A stretch of DNA of 64,000 nucleotides from contig CANQPT010000002.1 in assembly GCA_947625805.1 (NCBI GenBank), positions 36,911 through 100,910 on the forward strand. Direction: 5' to 3'. Position numbers and translations under genes: made by a program. This DNA comes from an uncultured Clostridia bacterium. GTDB lineage: Bacteria > Bacillota > Clostridia > Oscillospirales > CAG-272. The first letter of the stretch is position 1. Every line of letters starts with the position of its first letter. Shown here piece after piece: positions 38,283 through 48,648 of the stretch. The notes below the pieces were generated by a model that saw only the letters and a list, made by a program, of their open reading frames with translations, was not told the DNA's origin and searched no databases.

Positions 38283-39431
38283 TTACTTCTTTTTCTGTGC
38301 ACGGCTTGCCGTGCTTTGGTCTGCCAGCCGTCTCAGTTCCTTATAAATGCGTTTTTTTGCGTCCGGGACGCAGAAATTGCCGATGGCCTTTTCCATGGCC
38401 TGTCGGCGGCCGCCGTCGGTCAACAGTTCTGCCGCCGTGCGCACAAAGCGATCGGGGTCGGCGGCAAAATCCTTTTCCTCAAACACTGCCGCCGCGCCCG
38501 CTCGCTCGAGGGCCTGTGCGTTTTTGAGCTGATGGTTTCCGGTCACGTTGGGGGAGGGTATGAGCAGGCAGGCCTTGTTCTGCATGGCAAGTTCGGACAG
38601 AGTCATGGCGCCGGCGCGGCAGATGACCAGATCCGCCGCCGCCATCTGCTCGGGCATATCGTAGATATATTCCTCCAAGGCGGTGTTTTCACAGCGGGAC
38701 AAGCCCATGTCGGCGTATTGGGCCGAGCACAGATCCCGCTCGATGGCGCCGCAGGCGTGCAGGTGATAGATCTTCTTGTTCCCGGCCACGTAGTCCCGCA
38801 TGAGGGTAAGAACCATATCGTTGACCCGCTCTGCGCCCATGCTTCCGCCAAAGGAAAGAATACGCAGGGCGTACTTGCCCGCCGGGTCCAGTTTGCGCCT
38901 TGCCTGCGCCCGATCTATCGCCGAAAAGCCGCCCCGCAGGGGGTTGCCGGTGTGCATGGCCTTTTGGGGGTATTTGAGATATTCCGCCGCCTCCTCAAAA
39001 TTGAGAAAAATGCGGTCGGCGCGTTTTTCCAGCATACGCACGGCCACGCCGGGAACGGCGTTGGACTCGTGCAGCGCGGTGGGAATGCCCATGTCCTGGG
39101 CGGCTTTCAGCACAGGCCAGCAGACGTAGCCGCCCGTGCCCACCACCAACTCGGGCTGAAAGTCCCGCAGCAGGCGCTTTGCCTTGCCGGGGGCGCGCAG
39201 CACATAATACGCGGTCTTGAGATTGGAAAGGGAGAGCGAGCGCTTTAAGCCCCGGATCTCCACATGATAGAGGGGATAGGGAGAGCCTGCCAACAGTTTG
39301 TTCTCAATGCCCCGGGCGGTACCCACGAAGGCGATCTCGGAGCCGGGCTCGTTTTCCGCAATGCAGTCGGCGATGGCGATGGCGGGATTGACGTGACCTC
39401 CCGTGCCGCCGCCGGTCATTAGAACTTTCAT
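38283..39431 (-). CDS. murG: UDP-N-acetylglucosamine--N-acetylmuramyl-(pentapeptide) pyrophosphoryl-undecaprenol GlcNAc transferase
   Basis: ORF trimmed to MKVLMTGGGTGGHVNPAIAIA (G-loop 1) at 39431. Confidence 0.93.
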   Translation of the reverse strand: MKVLMTGGGTGGHVNPAIAIADCIAENEPGSEIAFVGTARGIENKLLAGSPYPLYHVEIRGLKRSLSLSNLKTAYYVLRAPGKAKRLLRDFQPELVVGTGGYVCWPVLKAAQDMGIPTALHESNAVPGVAVRMLEKRADRIFLNFEEAAEYLKYPQKAMHTGNPLRGGFSAIDRAQARRKLDPAGKYALRILSFGGSMGAERVNDMVLTLMRDYVAGNKKIYHLHACGAIERDLCSAQYADMGLSRCENTALEEYIYDMPEQMAAADLVICRAGAMTLSELAMQNKACLLIPSPNVTGNHQLKNAQALERAGAAAVFEEKDFAADPDRFVRTAAELLTDGGRRQAMEKAIGNFCVPDAKKRIYKELRRLADQSTASRAQKKK

Positions 39432-39439
39432 GATCTTTC

Positions 39440-40621
39440 CTATTTCTGTTGGTAAGAGTATCTGGAGACGGCAAGCAGGATGCCCATTTCCGCCATGAGC
39501 ACCACGAGCGATGAGCCGCCGTAACTGAAGAAAGGCAGGGAGATACCGGTATTGGGGATCGAGTTGGTCACAACCGCGATGTTGAGAAGCGCCTGAAGCG
39601 CCACGTGCCCCACCAGCCCGATGACCACGAGGGAGGAATAGGTGTCCGGCGCACGGCGGGCGATGTGCACCCCCCGCAGGATAAAGCAGAGGAAAAGACC
39701 GATCACGCTGAGCGCTCCCACAAAGCCCAGTTCCTCGCAGAGAATGGAAAAGATAAAGTCGTTTTGCGGCTGGGACACGAACATATGTTTCTGACGGCTG
39801 TTGCCGAGGCCCACCCCCAGCCAGCCGCCTGAGCCGATGGCGTAAAGGCCTTGGGTGGTCTGCCATGTTTCGTCCAGCGCGTCGTAGTTCTCCGGGTGGA
39901 GCCAGATGTCAATGCGCTCGCGGGCATAGTTGGTAAACATGATGAGAGCAAAGACCACTACCGAAAAGACCGCGCCCGCCGCGCCGAACCAGAAAACACG
40001 GGCGCCCCCTGCGAAAATGACGACCATGCCGATGGCGAACATGATGATGGTGCCGGAAAAGTGGTTTTCGAGGATCATCAGCACACAGACCAGCAGGATA
40101 AAGAACGAAGGATAGACCAGCCCGTACTTGGAAGAATTCCAGAAATGCCGATAGTCGGTAATCTGCTCCTGATGGTTCTGGATATAGAGGGCCAAGATCA
40201 TGACCAGCGCCGGCTTCATGAGTTCGGAGGGCTGAATGGTGATCGGGCCGACGTTGATCCAGCGCACGGCCTCGCCTTCGGCAAGGCCCACCGCCGGCAC
40301 GATGGCAAGAAGTCCGGCGGATACCAGATAAAAGGGAACGGTCAGCCGACGGATCAGATCCACCGGAAGATTCATGACCGCCACCATGGCGGCCGAGCCA
40401 AGCACCAAAAAGCCGATCTGCTTGCGGATATAGTAATAACTGTCGTCAAACTTGAAATAGGCGTATGCGTAACTTGCGCTGAAGACCATGACCGAGCCGA
40501 AACAGAGCAGAATGATAATGATCAACAGCATGGGGCGGTCGACCCCCGCCCGCACACGCACGACGTCGGCGCTTGCGGGAAGGTCGCGGGAGGCGCGTTT
40601 GTCTTTGACCGATCTTGCCAT
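39440..40621 (-). CDS. ftsW: SEDS family peptidoglycan polymerase FtsW/SpoVE
   Basis: ORF trimmed to ATG 40621 behind AGGAGGG. 10-TM SEDS pattern ...PSELMKPALVM...LPFFSYGGSS. Confidence 0.9.
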   Translation of the reverse strand: MARSVKDKRASRDLPASADVVRVRAGVDRPMLLIIIILLCFGSVMVFSASYAYAYFKFDDSYYYIRKQIGFLVLGSAAMVAVMNLPVDLIRRLTVPFYLVSAGLLAIVPAVGLAEGEAVRWINVGPITIQPSELMKPALVMILALYIQNHQEQITDYRHFWNSSKYGLVYPSFFILLVCVLMILENHFSGTIIMFAIGMVVIFAGGARVFWFGAAGAVFSVVVFALIMFTNYARERIDIWLHPENYDALDETWQTTQGLYAIGSGGWLGVGLGNSRQKHMFVSQPQNDFIFSILCEELGFVGALSVIGLFLCFILRGVHIARRAPDTYSSLVVIGLVGHVALQALLNIAVVTNSIPNTGISLPFFSYGGSSLVVLMAEMGILLAVSRYSYQQK

Positions 40622-40632
40622 GCGATGCCCTC

Positions 40633-41649
40633 CTATTCCGCCAGTCCCGGAAAGGACAGGCCGCAGAGAAGCAGGGTAACAAGACAAAAGACCGCCACGA
40701 TCTTTACCTCGCTCCATCCGCATTTCTCAAAATGATGATGAATGGGCGCCATTTTGAATAAGCGCTTTCCGTGGGTTAGCTTGAAAAACGTGACCTGCAG
40801 CATGACCGAAACCGTTTCCGCAATAAAGACAAAGCCGCAGACGACGATGATCAGGGGATTATCCAGCATAAAGGCCATGCCCGCCAGCAGTCCTCCCAAA
40901 AAGAGCGAACCGGTGTCCCCCATGAACACTTTGGCGGGATGGAAGTTGTAGACCAGAAAACCCAGACACCCGCCCGTGCAAAGCCCGGCGAGCACGACCG
41001 TTTCGCTCTGTGCGCAAAGGGCGGCGGCAAGGGCGAAAAACCCGCCCACGCAGGCCGAAAGAGAGGCGCACAGGCCGTCGATGCCGTCGCTTAAGTTGAC
41101 GCTGTTCATGATGCCGGCGATCAGGATCAGGGCGAATATGTAGTAGAATAGCCCGAGTTCCACCCATACGTCCACATAGGGAAGATAAAGAGCGGTGGAA
41201 AGACAGCCGGCGGCGCGCATACAGAATAAATAAAGCCCGGCGAGCGCCACCTGTAAGAAGAATTTCTGGCCGGAGGTCAGTCCCTCGTTGCGTTTGTGGC
41301 GCAGTTTGGCAAGATCGTCCACTACGCCGATGCCGCCGGACAGCAGCGCCATGCAAAACGTAAGAGCCAGTTTTTGGGGTCGGGCAAACAGGGGAAAGGC
41401 AAAGCGGTCGACGGCAAAGCAGATCCCGAATACCACCGCCATGGCGGCGATAAAGGCAAGGCCGCCCATGGTGGGAGTGCCCTCCTTGCTCTTGTGCCAG
41501 CGGGGGCCGATGTCCAGTATCTTCTGCCCGGCCTTCATGCTCTTTAAGAGCGGGATCAGACGGCGCAGCAAAAGCACGGTCAGACCAAAACTGCCCGCAA
41601 GGGTAAGACAAAATACGGTCAGGATAAAATTGTCACGGAAAATCGGCAT
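40633..41649 (-). CDS. mraY: Phospho-N-acetylmuramoyl-pentapeptide transferase
   Basis: KEGTPTMGGLAF, NSVNLSDGIDGL, MGDTGSLFLGG motifs. Confidence 0.95.
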   Translation of the reverse strand: MPIFRDNFILTVFCLTLAGSFGLTVLLLRRLIPLLKSMKAGQKILDIGPRWHKSKEGTPTMGGLAFIAAMAVVFGICFAVDRFAFPLFARPQKLALTFCMALLSGGIGVVDDLAKLRHKRNEGLTSGQKFFLQVALAGLYLFCMRAAGCLSTALYLPYVDVWVELGLFYYIFALILIAGIMNSVNLSDGIDGLCASLSACVGGFFALAAALCAQSETVVLAGLCTGGCLGFLVYNFHPAKVFMGDTGSLFLGGLLAGMAFMLDNPLIIVVCGFVFIAETVSVMLQVTFFKLTHGKRLFKMAPIHHHFEKCGWSEVKIVAVFCLVTLLLCGLSFPGLAE

Positions 41650-41713
41650 AAAAAACTCCTTGGGAAAGGTGGGGTGGCAAGCGGCCTCCGGAGTGGCCCG
41701 GAAAGATCGCTTG

Positions 41714-43126
41714 TTATTCTTCTTTCAACAATTCGATCACCCGCTCCATGCGCACGGCGCGGCTGGCCTTGAAGAGCACCGCGTCGCCCGGACGCACCTG
41801 CTCCCGCAGAGCGTCGGCCAGAGTCTCGGGCGAGTCCAGACGCCGAAAGACAAAGATCGCCTGCTCGGGCATACCCGCCTTTTTTGCCCCCAAGGCAAAG
41901 AACGCGGCGCTCTCTCCGAACGTATAGAGAAGATCGATGCTAAGCTCGGCCGCTTTGGCGCCCACCTGCTCGTGCAGGGTGCAGGAAAAGTCGCCCAGTT
42001 CCCGCATATCGCCCAGCACGGCAATGCTTCGGCCGTGCTCTCTGCGTGCGATCATGGCAAGCACCGAAAGGGCCGCGCTCATGGAGGCCGGTGCGGCGTT
42101 GTAGCAGTCTTCAATGACGCTCACGCCTTTGACTCGGAAGATCTCCTGCCGCATTCCTGTGTTTTTGAAATTATTCAAGCCCGCCCGGATTTGCTCCTCG
42201 GTCATGCCGATCTCACAGCCCACGGCATAGGCAAGGGCGGCGTCGAACACGTTGTGAGAGCCGATGACCGGAATGGACAGGTCCCGCACCGTATGCCCCG
42301 CATGGGACAGATCAAAGGTGGTGCAGGTTTCATGGTCGGTGATATGAGATATGTAATAGTCGGCCTCCGGGCGGGCGGCGGATACGTACACCCCGTCGGG
42401 GATTCCGGCAAGCAGCGGCTGGTCGCCGTTTAAGATCAGTTTGCCGCCGGGTGCAAGCGCTGTGCGCACCTCGAGTTTTGCGTCCCGGATTGCCTCGCGG
42501 GAGCCGAGCGTTTCAATATGGGAGTCGCCGACGTTGGTGATGACCGCCATGTCCGGCTCGGCGATCCGGGAAAGGGCGGCAATCTCGCCCCGGGCGCTCA
42601 TGCCCATTTCCAGTACCAGATAGTCGCAACCCTCTTCCAGACGCAACATGGTCATGGGCATACCGATCTCGTTGTTGAAATTGCCCTCGGTCTTGTGGGT
42701 CTTGCCGGACTGCCCCAGAACCGCGTAGATAAATTCCTTGGTGGTGGTCTTGCCGGTAGAGCCGGTTACCGCCACGGTAAAGGGCGCCACCTCTCGCTTG
42801 CGCTGTCGGGCGATCTCCCCCAGCGCACGCACGGTGTCGGGCACCAGCACGGCTCCCGTGCCTGCGGGAAGGCCCTCCGGCAGCCGCCGGCAGAGCACAC
42901 AGCTTGCCCCGGCTTCCAGCGCCGGGAGAATGTATTCGTGGCCGTCAAAGCGTTCGCCCTTGATGGCGATGAACATCGAGCCGGGCTCTGCGCTCCGCGA
43001 ATCGGTGGTGACCGTATGGACCGCCCGGTCGGCGCCGATCAGCGTCCCTCCGGTCACGCGCGCTATTTCCGATAAGAAGATTCCCTTTTGCGCATAGATG
43101 TTCATCTTGCTTGCTCCGTTTGTCAT
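41714..43126 (-). CDS. murF: UDP-N-acetylmuramoyl-tripeptide--D-alanyl-D-alanine ligase
   Basis: TDSRSAEPGSMFIAIKGERFDGHEYI, VTGSTGKTTTKE. The start may instead be the internal MNIYAQ at 43105. Confidence 0.92.
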   Translation of the reverse strand: MTNGASKMNIYAQKGIFLSEIARVTGGTLIGADRAVHTVTTDSRSAEPGSMFIAIKGERFDGHEYILPALEAGASCVLCRRLPEGLPAGTGAVLVPDTVRALGEIARQRKREVAPFTVAVTGSTGKTTTKEFIYAVLGQSGKTHKTEGNFNNEIGMPMTMLRLEEGCDYLVLEMGMSARGEIAALSRIAEPDMAVITNVGDSHIETLGSREAIRDAKLEVRTALAPGGKLILNGDQPLLAGIPDGVYVSAARPEADYYISHITDHETCTTFDLSHAGHTVRDLSIPVIGSHNVFDAALAYAVGCEIGMTEEQIRAGLNNFKNTGMRQEIFRVKGVSVIEDCYNAAPASMSAALSVLAMIARREHGRSIAVLGDMRELGDFSCTLHEQVGAKAAELSIDLLYTFGESAAFFALGAKKAGMPEQAIFVFRRLDSPETLADALREQVRPGDAVLFKASRAVRMERVIELLKEE

Positions 43127-44574
43127 TCCGTTAAAATTTTATGAATGATTTCCTTTTCCGAGAACGGGTGTTCCCCGTCCGGAAGGATTTGATATTCTTC
43201 ATGTCCCTTGCCGGCAAACAGTACCGTGTCCCCGGGGGACGCTTCCCGCAGTGCGTAGGCGATGGCCTTTTCTCTTTCCCGCACTACGGCGAACTTGCCG
43301 CCTTCCATGCCCGAGAGGATATCCGCGATGATGGCGTCCGGGTCCTCGGTGCGGGGATTGTCGGTGGTCACGACCGTAAGGTCGGAAAGAGCGGCCGCGA
43401 CCCTGCCCATAAAGGGGCGCTTTTGCTTATCCCGATCCCCGCCGCATCCGAATACGGTGATCAGCCGGCCCTTGTGATAGCGGCGCAGTTCGGTGAGGAC
43501 GTTTTCCAGCGCCGCCGGGGTGTGCGCGTAGTCGATATAGACGGAAATGCCCCGGTCGTTGGGAATGCGTTCCATGCGCCCGGGCACCACCTTTACGGCG
43601 GCAATTCCGGCGGCGATGGAGGCGGCGTCCACGCCGGCCTCGTATGCCGCGGCCGCGGCGGACAGGGTGTTATAGACCGAAAACATACCGGGCAGGGCGC
43701 TTTCCACCCGGAAGAGTTCCTTCCGGGTCATGAGCAAATAGCAAATGCCGCCCTCCGGGGTAAATTCGACCTCTTTTGCCGTGTAGTCGGCCGACTGGGT
43801 GACCGAAAAGGTGCGCACGGGGCAGGAGGCTCTTTCGGTCACGGCCGGATACCAGCGGTCGTCCCGGTTGGCAAGACCGGTTTTGCACATACCGAACAGC
43901 CGCGCCTTGGCGGCGGCGTAATCCTGCATGGTGGGATGAAAATCCAGATGCTCGGGGCAGAGGTTGGTAAACACCCCGCACGCAAAGGTCAGCCCGTGCA
44001 GACGGTCTAAGGCCAGCGCGTGGCTGGAGGCCTCCAGCACTACGGCCCTCGCTCCCGCTCCCCGCATTTCGGAAAGAAGAGAAAAGAGCAGTTCGGGGTC
44101 GGGGGTGGTCATGGGATTGGTCGGCAGTGAAAGGTTTCCGAATTCATTGGACACAGAGCCGATCAGCCCGGTGGGATATCCCGCGTGTTCCAGAATGGAT
44201 CGCAGGATAGCCGATGAGGAACTTTTGCCGTTGGTGCCGGTAAAGGCGTACAGGGTCAGGTCCCGTTCGGGATGCCCGTACCATGCGCTCCACATACGGG
44301 CAAGCGCCCGTCTGGTCGACCGGGTGATCACGTAGGGGATCCCCGTTGCCCGCAGGGCGTCGGTCGGGCGCTCGGCCACGACGACCGCCGCGCCGCGCGC
44401 TGCCGCGCGGTCGATATAATCGTGTCCGTCGTGGCGGATGCCGCTGACGCAGACAAACACACACCCGGGGCGTACCCGGTCGGAACGGTCGGTGATCGCC
44501 TCTACCTGCGCCGAAAAATCGGCGATGTTGGTGTAGTCGATCTCCACCTCTTTGAGCAGGGTATATAAGCGCAA
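43123..44574 (-). CDS. murE: UDP-N-acetylmuramoyl-L-alanyl-D-glutamate--2,6-diaminopimelate ligase
   Basis: TGTNGKSSSS P-loop and the DNPR motif (VVTTDNPRTEDP) characteristic of meso-DAP-adding MurE. Confidence 0.92.
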   Translation of the reverse strand: MRLYTLLKEVEIDYTNIADFSAQVEAITDRSDRVRPGCVFVCVSGIRHDGHDYIDRAAARGAAVVVAERPTDALRATGIPYVITRSTRRALARMWSAWYGHPERDLTLYAFTGTNGKSSSSAILRSILEHAGYPTGLIGSVSNEFGNLSLPTNPMTTPDPELLFSLLSEMRGAGARAVVLEASSHALALDRLHGLTFACGVFTNLCPEHLDFHPTMQDYAAAKARLFGMCKTGLANRDDRWYPAVTERASCPVRTFSVTQSADYTAKEVEFTPEGGICYLLMTRKELFRVESALPGMFSVYNTLSAAAAAYEAGVDAASIAAGIAAVKVVPGRMERIPNDRGISVYIDYAHTPAALENVLTELRRYHKGRLITVFGCGGDRDKQKRPFMGRVAAALSDLTVVTTDNPRTEDPDAIIADILSGMEGGKFAVVREREKAIAYALREASPGDTVLFAGKGHEEYQILPDGEHPFSEKEIIHKILTE

Positions 44575-44671
44575 ACAGACTCACTCTCTTTTGCAAAGAA
44601 TTTTCGTTTGCAAGTTCCGTGATTTGGCTCTTCCGTTTGCTTGGCGCTCTTGTTTTTGCGCGTAGCGGATC

Positions 44672-46891
44672 TTATCCGTCCGTAATGCCTCCGGTCACCA
44701 TTTTGACCTTGACGACCGTGCCGCGCGGCACCATGGTTTCGGGTGCGATATCCTGGGTGTATACGAACGCGGCCCTTTCGTCCAGACCCGAGAAGGAGAT
44801 GTTGAGCCCCAGCTCGTACAACTCCCGCTTGGCGTTGGCCGCACGCAGGGTATAGAGGTCGGGCACGACTACCGTGTCCTCGGGAGCCTCGGCTCCGGTA
44901 TAGAGCACGACTCTGCCGTCCGGCTCCATCCGGGAGCCTGCCGCCGGCACTTGGGCGAGCACCTGAGCGCCCTCTCCCACCACCTCGGTGTGTAAACCTA
45001 GCTGCTCAATCTCGGTTTCGGCCACCGCAAGCGATTTGCCCACGTAGGTGGGTACGGTCACCTGTTGGTCCACAATCGACCGCTCTATGCCCAGATAGGG
45101 CAGGATCTCTTCCAGCAGGTTGGAAACGAAAGGTGCGGCGATATAGGAGCCGTACAGGTTTTCGCCGCGCGGCTCATCCACGATGATGATGACCGCCACC
45201 TGTGGGTCGTCCGAGGGAGCGTATGCCACGGTCGAGCAGACCAGATACTGGGTGTTGCCCTCCGGGTCGATCTTGTTTCGCTTTTCACTGGTACCGGTCT
45301 TGGCCGCGATCTTGTAGCCGTTGACCCGGGCGTTCTTGGCTCCTCCGTCGTGCGCCACGCCGTCCTCGAGTACCTCCGAGATCTTCTCGCACACCTCGCC
45401 GGACACCACCTGATACTTGACCGAGTCGCCAAAATCGGCCACCACGTTGCCGTCGTCGTCCACAAGGCGGCTGACCACGTGGGGGCGTACCAGATACCCG
45501 CCGTTGGCCACCGCGCTGATGGCCGTGATCTGCTGAAGCGTTGTGGTGCTGAAGGTCTGACCGAACGAGTAGACCGCCAGGTTGACGTTGTTGAAGGCGC
45601 TGAAAGAGGAATAGATGCCGTGCGCCTCGCCCGGCAGGTCGATGCCGGTAATCGAGGTATATCCAAAGGCCTCGAAATAGGAGTAAAAGCGGTCTAAACC
45701 GATGCGTTCGCCCACCTGCATGAGGGTGGGGTTGCAGGACTGCTGTAACATATACCAGAACGGGTGGGTGCCGTGGCCGACGTGCTTGTGGCAGTTGATG
45801 GGCTTATTCCAGCCCTCTACCCGATAGGAGCCGGTGCAGGTAAATTCCGTGTCAAAGTCCACCACGTTCTCTTCCAAGGCCATGGAAGTGGTGACCACTT
45901 TGAAGGTGGAACCCGGCTCGTACAGGTCGGTGATGGCCTTGTTCTTCCACATCTCGTAAACCAGATCCGTGCGCTTCTGGGCGTATTCCTCGCTTTGGGG
46001 GTCCAGATTGAGCGCGTCCAGAGAAACCTGGGAATCGTAGTCTAAGGTATAGGGATCGTTGAGATCAAAGGTGGGATAGGTGGCCATGGCGTAGATCTCG
46101 CCGTTGTTGGGATTCATGACCACCCCGGCGATCCGGTTGGTGGGCAGGGCGTTGTTGTAGGCCGCCTCGAGTTGTTGCTCCAACGCCGCCTGAATGGCGG
46201 TGTCCAGCGTGGAAACCACGTTGTAGCCGTTGATGGCGTCCACGTAGGTGTCGTATTTGAAAGGCAGAGCGCCGCCGTTGCCGTTCTTGGCGGTGATATA
46301 CCGCCCGTCTGTGCCGGTCAGAGCCTCGTTATAGGAAAGTTCAATGCCCGCAAGACCGGCGTCGGTGCCCGAAAGCCCGATGACCGACGACGCAAGCGAG
46401 CCGTAGGGATAATACCGCTTGGACGAGGCCTCTAAATAGATCTTGTGGGCAAGGTCGTTTTCGGCGATAAACCGACGCACTAAGTCCGCCGTGTCGGGAT
46501 CCACGTTCTTTTTGATGGTTTCGTCCGCACGATTGCTGCGCTGGGTGCGCTCATATACCGTGTCGTAGTCCACTTGCAGTGTGTCGGATAAAAAGCGGGC
46601 GATAAACTGCGCCTCTTCCTGATTTTCGATCCGGCTGGGGTCGATAAACACCCGATAGGTGGTCATATTGTAGGCGAGCTGTACCATGTTGCGGTCGTAG
46701 ATGGTGCCCCGGGTGGCGCTGATGGTGGTCTGACGCTCGATATTGTCGGCTACCGCCGCCCGATAGGTATCGTAACTTAAGACTTGCAGATAGAACAGCC
46801 TGCCGATCAGTGCGCCCCAGCATACGATACAGAAGCCGACGATGGCCGCTCTTCGCTTGTTCATAACACGTCCGGTTTTTGCACTCAGCAT
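44672..46891 (-). CDS. Class B penicillin-binding protein (FtsI/PBP2B/SpoVD-like) with two C-terminal PASTA domains
   Basis: ORF trimmed to ATG 46891 behind AAAGGAGGA. STFK, SCN and KTGT motifs; duplicated PASTA-like C-terminus. Confidence 0.9.
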   Translation of the reverse strand: MLSAKTGRVMNKRRAAIVGFCIVCWGALIGRLFYLQVLSYDTYRAAVADNIERQTTISATRGTIYDRNMVQLAYNMTTYRVFIDPSRIENQEEAQFIARFLSDTLQVDYDTVYERTQRSNRADETIKKNVDPDTADLVRRFIAENDLAHKIYLEASSKRYYPYGSLASSVIGLSGTDAGLAGIELSYNEALTGTDGRYITAKNGNGGALPFKYDTYVDAINGYNVVSTLDTAIQAALEQQLEAAYNNALPTNRIAGVVMNPNNGEIYAMATYPTFDLNDPYTLDYDSQVSLDALNLDPQSEEYAQKRTDLVYEMWKNKAITDLYEPGSTFKVVTTSMALEENVVDFDTEFTCTGSYRVEGWNKPINCHKHVGHGTHPFWYMLQQSCNPTLMQVGERIGLDRFYSYFEAFGYTSITGIDLPGEAHGIYSSFSAFNNVNLAVYSFGQTFSTTTLQQITAISAVANGGYLVRPHVVSRLVDDDGNVVADFGDSVKYQVVSGEVCEKISEVLEDGVAHDGGAKNARVNGYKIAAKTGTSEKRNKIDPEGNTQYLVCSTVAYAPSDDPQVAVIIIVDEPRGENLYGSYIAAPFVSNLLEEILPYLGIERSIVDQQVTVPTYVGKSLAVAETEIEQLGLHTEVVGEGAQVLAQVPAAGSRMEPDGRVVLYTGAEAPEDTVVVPDLYTLRAANAKRELYELGLNISFSGLDERAAFVYTQDIAPETMVPRGTVVKVKMVTGGITDG

Positions 46892-47044
46892 TCCGTATCC
46901 TCCTTTCAAGGCGCACCGGCGGACCGGAGCGCATATTCCATTTTACTGATTTTTTTGCGAAAACATTCTCTTTTCAGAAAATTTTCGGATAACGCCCGGT
47001 CTGTTGCGTTTCAAAAATTTTCAGAAAAGCGCTCACGATCCGGT

Positions 47045-47683
47045 TTATTGCTTTTCAAAAATTTTTTCAAAAAAATCTTTTACCGCGTGACCGGCTTGGG
47101 AAAGCAAGCGGGCGACCGGACCCTGCTCGTCCTCGGGGACCTCGATCTTGTCGGCGTTTTCCATGCGGATATACCGCTTTTCCACCCGGTCGCTCTTGAC
47201 CATGCCCGCCTGTTTGGCCGCTTGCTCGAATGCCAGAAGATCGTTCTTTTGCTCTAAAGCAAGGGACAACTTCTTGCGGTCGGAGGACAGGGAAATGACC
47301 TCGGCCTGCAAGGTACTGTACCGGTTGGTCAGTTCGTTCAGGCGCACGTAGTTAAAGACCATGACCATGATGATCGCCGTACAGCAGAGTGCGGCGGCAA
47401 GCACAGACCGGGGCAGGCGTGCGCTCCGGACCCGAACGGTACGGATGCGCGCGCGTGCGCCGGGCGACTTTACGCCGGTTTTGCGCCGACGGCGCAGCGG
47501 GCCGATCCGCCCGAACTGCGCGGTGACCTCGGTGGGCCGGCGGCGTGGGGTGGGCCGGCGCATGACGCGGGGGGAGTTCCCGCGCGGCGCGAGCGTGCGC
47601 CGTGCCCTCGGCCGCGCGCCCCCGCGGCCGTTATTTGCCTTGTTTGCCCGTACGGGCAGGGTTTGTTTGTTGTTGTTGCTCAT
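47045..47683 (-). CDS. ftsL: Cell division protein FtsL-like (long Arg-rich N-terminus, one TM, coiled coil)
   Basis: ATGA overlap with the rsmH stop. MSNNNKQT...; TM AAALCCTAIIMVMVF, then a leucine-zipper-like segment; canonical position after rsmH. Confidence 0.7.
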   Translation of the reverse strand: MSNNNKQTLPVRANKANNGRGGARPRARRTLAPRGNSPRVMRRPTPRRRPTEVTAQFGRIGPLRRRRKTGVKSPGARARIRTVRVRSARLPRSVLAAALCCTAIIMVMVFNYVRLNELTNRYSTLQAEVISLSSDRKKLSLALEQKNDLLAFEQAAKQAGMVKSDRVEKRYIRMENADKIEVPEDEQGPVARLLSQAGHAVKDFFEKIFEKQ

Positions 47684-48648
47684 TGTGTTTGATTTGCGCC
47701 TTCCGCCTGTGCGCCGTCCAGCTTTTCCACGCACCGCAGTTTGGCGCTGTGGGCGCGGGAATTTTCCGCAAGTTCTTTTGGGTCCGGCAAAATCGGCTTG
47801 CGGGTGAGCAGGCGGACGCTCGGCCGCTTGCCGCAGACGCAGACCGGGAAATCCGGCGGGCAGTCGCAGCCCTTTGCAAAGGCGGCGAAACATTCCTTGA
47901 CCGCGCGATCCTCAAGCGAATGAAAGGTGATGACCGCCAGCCTGCCGCCGACCGTCAGACGCTCGGTCAGGGCGGTCAGAGCCGGTCGAATAGCGGAAAG
48001 CTCGCCGTTGACCTCCATGCGTACCGCCTGAAAGACCCGGCGGGCCGGGTGATGGTCCCGCTCCCGACAGCGGGCGGGAATGGCGGCTTGAATGAGAGCC
48101 GAAAGCTCCCCCGTCGTGCGAATGGGAGAGCTTTGTCTTACCGCGCAGATTCTGCGCGCGATGAGCGCGGCAAAGCGCTCCTCTCCGTAGTCCCGGAAAA
48201 TCCGCGTGAGCGCGCTTTGGTCGTACGTATTGATCACCCGCTCGGCGTCAAGAGACTGTGTGCGGTCCATGCGCATATCCAGCGGCGCGTCCTTAAGATA
48301 GGAAAAGCCCCGCTCTGCCGTGTCCAGCTGATAGGAGGAAACGCCCAGGTCGAGTAAGGCCCCGTCGATTTGGGAGAGGCCGTATTGGTCGAGCACCTTG
48401 CCGACCTCGCGGAAATCCGCTTTGACAAGCCGCACCCGCTCGCCAAAGCAGGCCAGCCGCCGTCCTGCGGCGGCAAGCGCGTCCCCGTCCCGGTCAAGGG
48501 ACAGCAAACGCCCGGTCGTCAGGCGGGATGCGACGCCGAAGGAATGTCCGCCGCCGCCGACGGTACAGTCCACGTAGGTCCCCTCCGGGCGTATGTGAAG
48601 ATACTCCATGCATGGCTCAAAGAGCACGGGATGATGCGAAAATTCCAT
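47680..48648 (-). CDS. rsmH: 16S rRNA (cytosine1402-N4)-methyltransferase
   Basis: HHPVLFEPCMEYL...DCTVGGGGHS. Confidence 0.95.
   Translation of the reverse strand: MEFSHHPVLFEPCMEYLHIRPEGTYVDCTVGGGGHSFGVASRLTTGRLLSLDRDGDALAAAGRRLACFGERVRLVKADFREVGKVLDQYGLSQIDGALLDLGVSSYQLDTAERGFSYLKDAPLDMRMDRTQSLDAERVINTYDQSALTRIFRDYGEERFAALIARRICAVRQSSPIRTTGELSALIQAAIPARCRERDHHPARRVFQAVRMEVNGELSAIRPALTALTERLTVGGRLAVITFHSLEDRAVKECFAAFAKGCDCPPDFPVCVCGKRPSVRLLTRKPILPDPKELAENSRAHSAKLRCVEKLDGAQAEGANQTQ

Noticed and set aside
39775-39796. ACGAACATATGTTTCT, a near-consensus Firmicute LexA/Cheo box (GAAC-N4-GTTC with one mismatch).
   Set aside because: It lies inside the ftsW coding sequence, far from any promoter. 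A one-mismatch hit to an 8-base specification is expected several times by chance in 64 kb.
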